NCBI GenBank assembly: GCA_002269645.1
Contig: NIVC01000035.1
Coordinates: 434,001 to 498,000 of the forward strand
Length of the DNA: 64,000 nucleotides
Direction: 5' to 3'
Source of the DNA: Macrostomum lignano
Taxonomy: Eukaryota
The position numbers and the translations under genes were made by a program. The notes under the pieces were generated by a model. That model was not told where the DNA came from and searched no databases. It saw only the letters and a list, made by a program, of their open reading frames with translations. Positions 1-11,200 of the stretch are shown piece after piece; positions within the stretch are counted from its first letter, which is position 1, and every line of letters starts with the position of its first letter.

Positions 1-603
1 GAGAGAGTAGGGAGAGAGGAGAGAGAGTAGAGGGAGAGGGAGAGAGGAGAGAGGGGGAGAGAGAGAGAGAGAGAGGGGTAGAGGAAGAGAGGGGTAGAGG
101 AAGAGAGGGGTAGAGGAAGAGAGGGGTAGAGGAAGAGAGGGGTAGAGGAAGAGAGGGGTAGAGGAAGAGAGGGGTAGAGGAAGAGAGGGGTAGAGGAAGA
201 GAGGGGTAGAGAGGAAGAGGAGGAGGTAGAGGAGAGAGAGGGAAGAGAGAGAGGAAGAGAGGGGTAGAGGAAGAGAGGGGAGAGGAGAGAGAGGGAGAGA
301 GAGAGGAAGAGAGGGGGAGAGAGAGAGAGGGGAGAGGGAGAGAGGGGGAGAGGAGAGGGGGAGAGAGAGAGGGAGAGAGGAGGGAGAGGACAGAGAAGGA
401 GAGAGAGGGAGGGGGAGAAGACAGAGAAGGAGAGAGAGGGAGGGGGAGAAGACAGAGAAGGAGAGAGAAGGAGAGAGGGGGAGAGGACAGAAAAGGAGAG
501 AGAGAGGGAGAGAGGGGGAGAGGACAGAGAAGGAGAGAGAGAGGGAGAGAGGGGGAGAGGACAGAGAAGGAGAGAGAGGGAGAGAAGGGGAGAGGACAGA
601 GAA
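1..603. repeat. GA-rich low-complexity tract, with a 16-bp GGGGTAGAGGAAGAGA tandem run at ~75-210
   Basis: Almost pure A/G; tandem units directly visible. Confidence 0.95.
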
Positions 604-647
604 GTGAGCATGCAGTTGTCAATCAGAATGGAATGCCGCACCCGCAG

Positions 648-2298
648 GCTTGGCTCAGTCTGTCAATCGGCAGAAGCCGGATCTGTCAGACAAGCGAGGA
701 CACAGAATGTCACCGCCAAGATCAAAGCACCTATTTTTCGGGGGGTGAGCATGGTTGCATGTACATATGAATAGTTTTTATGCCCTAAAATCAATTCATA
801 GTCATATTTCAAGTCTATTGACTTGGGCGTATTCTAACGATTTGAACTTATTTTGTCATTTCTTTTTAAGCGAAGTTGAAAATCTTGTTAGCAAGTTCAG
901 CTTCAGAAAATCTGGTGTGCAAAATTCAAGAAATTTTTAAGTAAATTGCTGCACTGATTGCAATCTGTCTTTGACCAGAATTTTAGTAGAGAAATCAAAT
1001 GCTTTGCTGGTGTTTAAGGCCAGGCCATATCAATGCTTTCTAGAGGGACAGTAGTGTGCACAAGAGTGCCTATAATGTAGGGTGTGACAAGATCGCCTAT
1101 ACCGTATAGGGTGTGACAAGAGTGCCTATATTGTATGGGGTGTGACAAGAGTGCCTAATGAAGAGTGACGAGGTTCACTACATATTGCTTTTCTGCACAT
1201 CATGAGAACAGTTGCAACCAAACAAAGATCTCCAACTCATCCGCAATCGCATAGTGAACTCAATCGGCCCCCTGACGTGCAGCGACTGGTCTAAGCACTC
1301 TGCCAACTGTGAAAACGGCATCCGTGGTCCTCTGTACAAACTGATTGGCAACTCCAACCGGATCCAGGTTGCTAGGGATGGCTACTACAGGATATACATG
1401 ATGGTGAGATGAGATGGACTGCCCTACAGCCTCGGACATACATGTACACCTCACTCCACCATGCACCCACCTCACTCCACTATACACCCACCTCACTCCA
1501 CTATACACCCATCTCACTCCGCTATACACCCACCTCACTCCACTATACACCCACCCACTCCACTATACACCCACCTCACTCCTCTATACACCCATCTCAC
1601 TCCGCTATACACCCAACCCACTCCACCGTGCACCCACCTCACTCCACTATGCACTCAACCCACTCCACCGTGCACCCACCTCACTCCACCGTGCACCCAC
1701 CTCACTCCACCTTGCACCCACCTCACTCCACCGTGCACCCACCTCACTCCACCGTGCACCCACCTCACTCCACCTTGCACCCACCTCACTCCACCGTGCA
1801 CCCACCTCACTCCACCGTGCACCCACCTCACTCCACCGTGCACCCACCTCACTCCACTATACACCCACCCACTCCACTATACACCCACCCACTCCACTAT
1901 ACACCCACCACTCCACCATGCACCCACCTCACCCCGCTATACACCCTTCCTCCTCTAAACCTAAAAGTACTTCAGGCTACTTACTACCATATAAAAGTTC
2001 AATTTTATACCCCGATATCAACACGTCTCACATATGGCAGGTATCCTCTTGTTGGAAGGGTCAAGAGGAGCAACTGGCCATCCGGGTGAATAATAAAGTG
2101 TGGGCCGCTTGCTATCCCAGAAACATTTCCAAATCAAGCGACAGCAATAAATACACCCGTTGCTACGTCAACTCTGTTCGCTACTTGCGAGCGAAATATG
2201 ACGCGGTGGATTTCAAATGCTCCAGCAGTTCGTCAACCTGCTGCCTGAACTCCTTCGACCGGATGACTCATTTCGGACTGGAGAGACTCGGAAATTGA
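648..2298 (+). CDS. TNF-superfamily ligand, EDA/Eiger-like (3' exons; 5' end outside the window)
   Basis: Exons 648-744 (tentative), 1212-1403 and 2041-2298, joined at phase 0 (ATG|gtgaga ... ggcag|GTA). The product has TNF-homology-domain motifs DWS, IQVARDGYYRIY, IRVNNKVWAAC, YTRCYVNSVRYLRA and THFGLERLG, matching recalled EDA motifs NDWS, LEVLVDGTYFIY, VVVDEKPFLQC, YNTCYTAGVCLLKA and TFFGAIRLG. Confidence 0.78.
1062..1156. repeat. ~28-bp minisatellite (GTGTGACAAGAGTGCCTATA...), about 4 copies
   Basis: Tandem copies visible in the TNF-ligand intron. Confidence 0.8.
1445..1945. repeat. 21-bp minisatellite (CACCCACCTCACTCCACCGTG), intronic
   Basis: Tandem units fill intron 1404-2040. Confidence 0.95.
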
Positions 2299-2477
2299 CA
2301 GCTCCGTGCTCGTCCACAGTGCTCAGATACTAATTATGATTTTGTATATTTGTAATTCCTGAAGAATCTACTTTTATTCTTCTAAATTCCTAATTCAGTT
2401 CAGTCGGTTTTGTAAGATGCACTTGGTTTAGGTAATATTGATTTTTCTAAAACCATTCAACCATTTCAGTCCCTCAC

Positions 2478-3212
2478 GCACCCATTCCTTCACCCACCTC
2501 ACTCCTTTACCCACCGCACTTATTCACCTACCGCACTCATTCACCTACCGCACTCATTTACCCACCCCACTCCTTTACCCATCCCACTCCTTCACCCACC
2601 TCACTCCTTCACCCACCTCACTCCTTCACCCACCTCACTCCTTCACCCACCTCACTCCTTCACCTACCTCACTTCTTTACCCACCTCACTCCTTTAACCA
2701 CCTCAAACCTTCACCCACCTCACTCCTTTACCCATCCCACTCCTTCACCCACCTCACTCCTTCACCCACCTCACTCCTTCACCTACCTCACTTCTTTACC
2801 CACCTCACTCCTTTAACCACCTCAAACCTTCACCCACCTCACTCCTTTACCCATCCCACTCCTTCACCCACCTCACTCCTACACCCACCTCAAACCTTCA
2901 CCCACCTCACTCCTTCACCTACCTCACTTCTTTACCCACCTCACTCCTTTAACCACCTCAAACCTTCACCCACTTCACTCCTTCACCCACCTCACTCCTT
3001 CACCTACCTCACTCCTTCACCTACCTCACTTCTTTACCCACCTCACTCCTTCACCCACCTCAAACCTTCACCTACCTCACTCCTTCACCTACCTTACTCC
3101 TTTACCCACCTCACTCCTTCACCTACCTCACTCCTTCACCTACCTCACTCCTTTACCCACCTCACTCCTTCACCCACCTCAAACCTTCACCTACCTCACT
3201 CCTTCACCCACC
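2478..3212. repeat. 17-bp minisatellite (CACCCACCTCACTCCTT) with variant units
   Basis: Tandem units downstream of the TNF-ligand stop codon. Confidence 0.95.
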
Positions 3213-3984
3213 CCAAGTCCCAAGAGATGATAAACTTCGGAAAAAAACTGAAAATGTAAGAGGTTTTTTTCACTTTCAGCTGCCTCAACCTAGCTGCTCA
3301 CTCCTGTAACAATGTCATAAAACGCATATATTTGTCAACTAACAGAATAAGCAATATTCCCAACAGAAATTAACGCAGTTAGGAAAGCGCTTGTGCTCAT
3401 TCTGCTAGAAAATTACAAGCTGAAAATAAAATATTGTGGCATCTATGCTAAACTTTGAGAGTGATATTTACATACAGTGAAATCTATTTTTTCTACAACC
3501 TACAGGATAAACTAAGCATTAATTAGTTGGCTAAGTAAATTTAACATTGTAATGATCATTGAATACATATTGAAATGTGAAAAAAGTAAAACAAACGTCA
3601 AAATTACGGGACCAAAAACAAGAGCAATTTAAAATAAAACACGCCAATTCAAAAGCTTATTGGAATCCATTGGTTTTAGTAAATTAAGTATGCAACTGAA
3701 AAATTAGACAAACTTATACTCTATTTCACTATTCATTCTAAGATCAACAGTAGAAATATACGAATTATTTCGACAGCTAAAATGCGAGCAACTACAAAGA
3801 CTGGAGTAGTCTGGATAGCGTTTTAATCAGCAATTTTCACAATAATCAGACTCTCAATAGCAATAAATTTTCACTCATAAACTTGAACCCAAAATTTTAC
3901 AAACCAGCTACAAGTACAAGTTCAAGGTTCGTGTACATCTGTAATAGGAAGGGTTTGCTGGGGCCATGCAGTGATTCCTTGAGA

Positions 3985-4550
3985 GTGTACACTGGGGGAG
4001 GGAGATTCCCGGGGAGAGTGTACATTTGGGAAAGGAGATTCCCGGGGAGAGTGTACATTTGGGGAAGGAGATCCCGGGGAGAGTGTACATTTAGGGAAGG
4101 AGATTCCCGGGGAGAGTGTACATTGGGGGAAAGAGATTGCTGGAAGAGTGTACATTGGGAGAGGGAGATTCTCGGGAGAGTGTACATTGGGGGAAGGAGA
4201 TTCCCGGGGAGAGTGTACATTGGGGGAAGGAGATTCCCGGGGAGAGTGTACATTGGGGGAAAGAGATTGCCGGGAAGAGTGTACATTAGGGGAAGGAGAT
4301 TCCCGGAAAGTGTGTACATTGGGGGAAGGAGATTCCCGGAAAGTGTGTACATTGGGGGAAGGAGATTGCCAGGAAGAATGTACATTGGGGGAAGGAGATT
4401 GCCAGGAATGTACATTAGGGGAAGGAGATTCCCGGAAAGTGTGTACATTAGGGGAAGGAGATTCCCGGAAAGTGTGTACATTGGGGGAAGGAGATTGCCA
4501 GGAAGAGTGTACATTAGGGGAAGGAGATTCCCAGGAAGAATGTACATTAG
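3985..4550. repeat. 33-bp minisatellite (GAGAGTGTACATTGGGGGAAGGAGATTCCCGGG)
   Basis: Tandem units just 3' of the NEURL4 stop codon. Confidence 0.95.
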
Positions 4551-4654
4551 AGTGTGTTGCGTACACTGCTTTGATTTTTGTCGGATAAACCTGCATGCCA
4601 ATGCGCATCACAGATGGAATATTAAGTTATTATTAAAGAGCGCTTTTAGATTCT

Positions 4655-7600
4655 TTAATAGCTAGCAGTGGAGCAAGGCCGGAAGAGAAGGCCGGTGCAA
4701 AGAACGGCGCCCAGCTCCTTGGTTACTAGAATTTGCTGCTGCTGCTGCTGCTGTTGCTGCTGAGCTGGACTCCGATTTTCCAGCGTAGCCGCAGCGAAAG
4801 CGCCTGGACAGAGTCGAACTTCGACCAGCAGCTCGCCGAACTGACGACGCTCCGCTCCGCCGTGCATGTCGCCGTCGCCGCCGCCGCCGCCGCCATCCTC
4901 GCCGGAGGAATCGTTGCCGTCGCCTTCGTCGCCGTCCGAATCGTCGCCTTCTGCGTTGCTATGCCGACGATAGCGCAGGATTCGATCGATTCTGCAGGGC
5001 TGGGATGCGGCCTGCTCGGCCGAGGGGAACAGGGTCAGCTGGTGCTTCACCACGGAGGCCTCGTCGACGCATTCGGCAGATTCGTCGTCGTCGATGGAGT
5101 CGCCAGTAGCGGGCGACGAGGCGGCGAGGCTCAGCAGCACGGGGTCGGGAGAGTCGAGCAGGCAGCGCAGCTGGCCGATCGGCACGGGCAGGTAGGCCAG
5201 CACCCAGCGGGTGAGCTGGCGGGGGGAGAAGGAAATGTTGGAGATTCGATATGTGCCGGTCATTGTGTCGGCGAGTGTGTCGGTGATTGTGTCGGTGATT
5301 GTGTCGGTGATTGTGTCGGTGCTTGTATCGGTGATTGTGTCGGTAAGTGTGCCGGTCAATTGTGTTGGTGAGTGTGTGTTGATTGTGTCGGTGATTGTGT
5401 CGGTAAGTGTGCCGGTCAATTGTGTTGGTGAGTGTGTGTTGATTGTGTCGGTGATTGTGTCGGTGATTGTGCCGGCGATTGTGTCGGTGAGTGTGTCGGT
5501 GAGTATGTCGATGAGTGTGCCGGTGATTGCGTCGGTGATTGTGTCGGCGTGTGTGCCGGACATTGTGTCGGTGCTTGTGTCGATGATTGTGTCGGTGAGA
5601 GTGCTGGTCATTGTGTCGGTGATTGTGTCGGTAAGTGTGCCAGTCATTGTGTCGGTCATTGTGTCGGTGAGTGTGCCGGCGTGTTGATAGGTATATCAGT
5701 AATTGTGTCGGTGATTGCATGGTGCCGGTAATTGTGTCACTAATCTCCGACATTGAGGACAAAAATGCTTAAAAGAGAGCCGAACCTGTTGCGACAGAAT
5801 GTGCGGCGAAGATGTCGACACGCGCAGGCCGAATTTGGTCCAGCCGGCCCCGTCGTCGGCAGATTTGGCTGCCTCCAACGATTTCGATACAGTGACGCCG
5901 CCGACACCGCTGGAGCACGACCGGCAGGCACACGAGTCGTATTTCGGCCGCAGAAGCGCCGCCGGCAGAGCCAGTCGCTCGAGCCAACGCTGCGCTCGAC
6001 GTCGCTGCGAACAAATTGTCGATGTCGACGCCAGCGTCGCGACTGACGTTATTGCAATTTTTGTCGGATCCATCGGCGCTGTCGGAACGGAGGTCGGATT
6101 AGTCGACAAGACGCCGGAGCCGGAGCTGGCAGAATCCGGCGTAGCGACGATGGATGCCTGACTGCAGCGGCCGTAGATGTCGATGGCCGGATAGACTGGC
6201 CGAAGGCCCACTGGCTCGCCGATCGGCTCCGAGGGTCGGCCATTCGAACCAATCAGGCGGGGACGACGTTCCGCGTCCAGCATGAGGCCAACTGTGTCAC
6301 CTTCGGACAGGGTGTCCAGGTCAACGGACAGGCCCGACTGGAGCTGCAAGAATTCGGGTTGGTTTGGGGTAGAGTAGGGTTCTGTTTATACACTGGGGCA
6401 GAGATATTCTAGGGCCCTGTACGTACACTGGGGCAGAGATATTCTACGGCCACTTGTGTGTACATTGGAGCAGAGATATTTTACGGCCTCCTTTGTGTAC
6501 ATTGGGGCAGAGATATTCTAGTGTCCTGTATGTAAATTAGGGCAGAAAAATTTTAGGGTCCTGTATGTACATTGGGACAGAGATATTCTAGCGTCCTGTG
6601 TGTACATTGGGGCAGAGATGTTCTAGGGTCTTGTGTGTACATTGGGGCAGAGATGTTCTAGGGTCCTGTGTGTACATTGGGGCAGAGATATTCTAGGGCC
6701 GCCTGTCTGTGCATTGGGGCAGAGATATTCTAGTGTCCTGTATGTACATTGGGGCAGAAAAATTCTAGGGTCCTGTACACTACTTTGGGGCAGAGATATT
6801 CTAGGGTCCTGTATGTACATTAGAGCAAAGATTTTATACGTTCTCTTGTGTACATCAAGGCAGAGTCAGTCCTCACCAGCTTTAGTCCAGACCCGTAGAC
6901 GGAGTCGCCAACAACGCACAGCAGCAACCCGGGCTCGCCTCGCTGATTAACCAGCGTAGCCGCCAGCTGATCCCGATGACTCGGCCGGCGCCGTAGCAGG
7001 CCCAGACTAACCGAACCGGCTGGGCCCGATGCCGAAGCCGCCGTTAAGGAGTCCAGCTGAAACAAGACGGGCCGGCCGGCCGGTTCCAACGGATCGGCAC
7101 ACGCGGCCACGGCGTGACAGAAACCGACCCGACGTCGGGCGGTAAGCCGATCCGACGATACAGCGCAGTTAGCTCCGGCGACAACAAAGCCTTGCTGCTG
7201 TTGCTGTTGCTGCTTCTGCTCATTGCCGTCCGTGTCAACAACAACATCATCATCGTCATTGACGTTACCCGTCCCCGAAGTAGCTTCAGTCTCGTCGACG
7301 TCTTTATCGCTGTCGGCTACAGCCCGCTGCTTGTCAGCCTCGCCGCGGTCAGCATTGTCTTCGCCGTCGACGTTGCCGGCGTCGTCGGCCTCGTCGCCGT
7401 TAGTGGTGACGGTGGCGTCCAGGCAGGACTCGAGCGGCTGGCCGGGCCGATGGGTCAGCCGGGGCAGGCGGCACGGAGCCTGCCGCAGGAACCGGAGCTC
7501 CTCCACAGCCGGACAGGTGGGCGAGCCGAACTGCACGAAGGCGAAGCAGTTCCTCGGCACCGTGTCGGCGAACCGGCCTAAGCTGGTCTCGTTGACCAGC

Positions 7601-8065
7601 AGGCTGACGCCGCCATCGGATGCATAGTGAATCGCCAGTCGGTCGCCAACCGCCAGCTGGCGAAGGCAGCGAGCGTAGGCCAGCTGTAGGACAGTCAGCT
7701 GACCGGCCTCCGAGCAGCGATAGGCGCCGTCCTGACCGACCAGCCAACTGCGTCGGCGAGCCTGGCGAATTTCCACGCAGCTGGAGCTGGTGCGAGGCAG
7801 GCCTTCGCTCAGGCCCAGGATCGGCGTCCCCGATCTGGCCGGAACGCGAGTACCCGAGGCCAGCTGGTCGATGCTCACCTCGAACAGGTGGTCGGGCTTC
7901 AACGGGCGCGAGCTGAACACCAGGCCGGAGCCGGTGGCCCGGATGCGGTCGTGCAGCTGGGCGGTTGAGAATGGCGAGGGAGATTGATAGCGTCAGGTAA
8001 GGCAGTGGTAGCAACAACTGCAGACAGACGGACACACAGACAGGCAGGTAGACAGAGAGACAGAC

Positions 8066-8134
<69 letters not shown>

Positions 8135-8231
8135 CAGACAGATAGACAGACAGACAGGCAGACAGACAGACAGATAGACAGACAGACACAGACAGACAGA
8201 CACACAGACAGACAGACAGACAGACAGACAC

Positions 8232-8262
<31 letters not shown>

Positions 8263-11200
8263 CACAGACAGACAGACACACAGACAGACAGACACACAGA
8301 CAGACAGACACACAGACAGACAGACACACAGACAGACACACAGACAGACAGACAGACACACAGACAGACAGACAGACAGACAGACACACAGACAGACACA
8401 CAGACAGACAGACACACAGACAGACAGACACACAGACAGACAGACACACAGACAGACACACAGACAGACAGACACTCTCACAGACAGACAGACAGACAGA
8501 CAGACAGACTCACCTGCACCCGGTCGCTGAACGCCCCAAAGCCAGCACCAGACGGAGCAGTCTCATTCCTCGCAGCCGACGACTTGCTCTCGGCCGCAGC
8601 GCTCGCACTAAAGCCCTGCTCATCTGCCGAGTCCTCAGCAGCAGCCACAGGCGCAGGGACGCCAGACGCTGCAGGGTCGTCAGTTTCTTCGGCGGCCACC
8701 GCGGCAGCTGCTGCGGCGGCGGCTTCAGCGTCGGCGGAAGCGTAGAACGACGCGTGCGGCAGCGGCGGCGGCGCGGGGCACAGGCTGATGGCGGCGCACT
8801 GGCCGTAGAGGTCGACAACAGCGTAGACTCCGAGCGGCACTGCCGAACATGCCGGGCCCATATCGGCATCGTTGTGATAGAAGTGCAACTCGCCGGAGGC
8901 CTTCACGCAGATGCCGATCCGGTCGCCACGCCGAACCACGGCCGGGTCGTCCAGGTCCAGCGGGTAGCCGGTGCGCACCGTGGCGCCGTCCCGCATCACC
9001 GTGGAGCCCGACAGCAGCCAGCAGTCCTGCCTGATGTCTGTCAGGGTGGTGGGGAACTGGCTCGGCGGAGCCGCGATCACACCGGCCTCCAGGGAGCCGC
9101 TCCACCGGTCCACCAGGTGGTCGATGCGAATTTCGAATATCTCATCTTCCAGCAGTGGCCGGGCAGACAGGCAGACCGCGTCGTTGAACTCAGCCGATGG
9201 GTTGGTGCGCCTGCGGTTGGGGAGAGAGTTTCCAGTCGGGAATACTGATGCCGCGAGTCCAGGATAGCCTAATTTGGTAGATCCCAGCTGGGCCAGCCTC
9301 CCAGATCCTCAGTTGCTGGGCCAGCCTCCCAGATCCTCAGTTGCTGGGCCAGCCTCCCAGATCCTCAGTTGCTGGACCAGCCTCCCAGATCCTCAGTTGC
9401 TGGGCCAGCCTCCCAGATCCTCAGTTGCTGGGCCAGCCTCCCAGATCCTCAGTTGCTGGGCCAGCCTCCCAGATCCTCAGTTGCTGGGCCAGCCTCCCAG
9501 ATCCTCAGTTGCTGGGCCAGTCTCTCAGATCCTTAGTTGCTGGGCCACCAGCCTCTCAGATCCTCAGTTGCTGGGCCACCAGCCTCTCAGATCCTCAGTT
9601 GCTGGGCCAGCAGCCTCCCAGATCCCCAGTTGCTGGGCCAGCCTCCCAGATCCTCAGTTGCTGGACCACCAGCCTCCCAGATCCTCAGTTGCTGGGCTAC
9701 CAGCCTCCCAGATCCCCAGTTGCTGGGCCAGCTTCCCAGATCCTCAGTTACTGGACCACCAGCCTCCCAGACCTTCAGTTGCTGGGCCAGCCTCCCGGAT
9801 CCTCAGTTGCTGGGCCAGCCTCCCAGATCCTCAGTTGCTGGGCCAGCCTCCCAGATCCTCAGTTCCCGACCAAAAAAGCACATAGAAATGCACAACAATC
9901 AGCAGAGGACAACACCACCACTAAGCAAGTGTCTCACCTGGCAGTTCTCTTATTATTCAGCAGAGCCACATTGCGGCCGTGCCGCTCGTGGAAGTAGTGC
10001 AGGTAGCAGGCGTCCAGGCGTATCAGCGCCTCGCCGTCCAGCAGCACCCGGGCGTACAGCGGCGCCGACACGCCGGCGGAATTCGGCGCCGCGCCCAAAT
10101 CTTCGTCGTTGCGAGCAAACCGGACGCCGTCGCGACGAACGCAAACGGACAGGCTGGTGCCCGGCCCGGCTCGGACAGGCTCGGACAGACTCCAGCTGCG
10201 ACCGCTGGGCGGTCCGGTGCCAGTGGTCACGCTTAGCTGCATAAAACGGGAGAGAGAGTTGACCTGATTGGCTTGTGTGCAGCAGGAACAACGGCTTCGT
10301 ATACGATGATGGGGCACTGCGTTTCTTAGAATATCTGTTGAGGGCTGAATTAGCGACTGAGGATCTGGGAGGCTGGCCCAGCAACTGAGGATCTGGGAGA
10401 CTGGTGGCCCAGCAACTGAGGATCTGGGAGGCTGGTGGTCCAGTAACTGAGGATCTGGGAAGCTGGCCCGTTAACTGAGGATCTGGGAGGCTGGCACAGC
10501 AACTGAGGATCTGAGAGACTGGTTGCCCAGGCAACTGAGGATCTGAGAGACTGGTTGCCCAGGCAACTGAGACAGACTCACCTGCACGGAGCCGCTGACC
10601 ACCAGCAGAGCGAACGGCTCCCCCAGTCTCAGCGGCCGGTTGCTGAGCAGCTCGCCCTGGCCGCTGGCCCTGGTGGCGCCGTCGCTGATCTGCACCCCGA
10701 ACGGAGCCGCCGGACTGAAGGTCAGCTTCTCCGTCTCCTCGCGCTGGTCTTCGTCCTCGGAGAAAGTTGACAATAGCGGTGGCGCCGAGGAGGACGGCAG
10801 CGCCGACAGCTGAGGCCCGCAGGATTGTCGGGCAGCCTGGCTGACGCTCCTGCCGCTGAGCAGTCCGCGTGACACCAGCGTGACTTTGACGGACATGCCG
10901 TAGAGGTCCACCACTGCCCACTGGGGCCGGGAGACGCGACTGGCGGCAACGCCCTGCGTGCGTGCACAAGGCGATGGTTAAAGATGATTTTAGAAACCCA
11001 CGTCAAATGAGAAATATGAAAACACCAAAGTCTAAGGCCTAAGGACCTAAGGACCAAGGTCAAATAACCAAGGTCAAAAGAACAAAGGTCAAATAACCAA
11101 GGTCAAATAACCAAGGTCAAAAGAACCAAGGTCAAATAACCGCGGTCAAATAACCAAGGTCAAAAGAACCAAGGTCAAAAGAACCGAGGTCAAATAACCA

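Noticed and set aside
4733-10969. Overlapping antisense and alternate-frame ORFs across NEURL4 exons
   Set aside because: Expected shadows of GC-rich coding sequence; no motifs or splice support.
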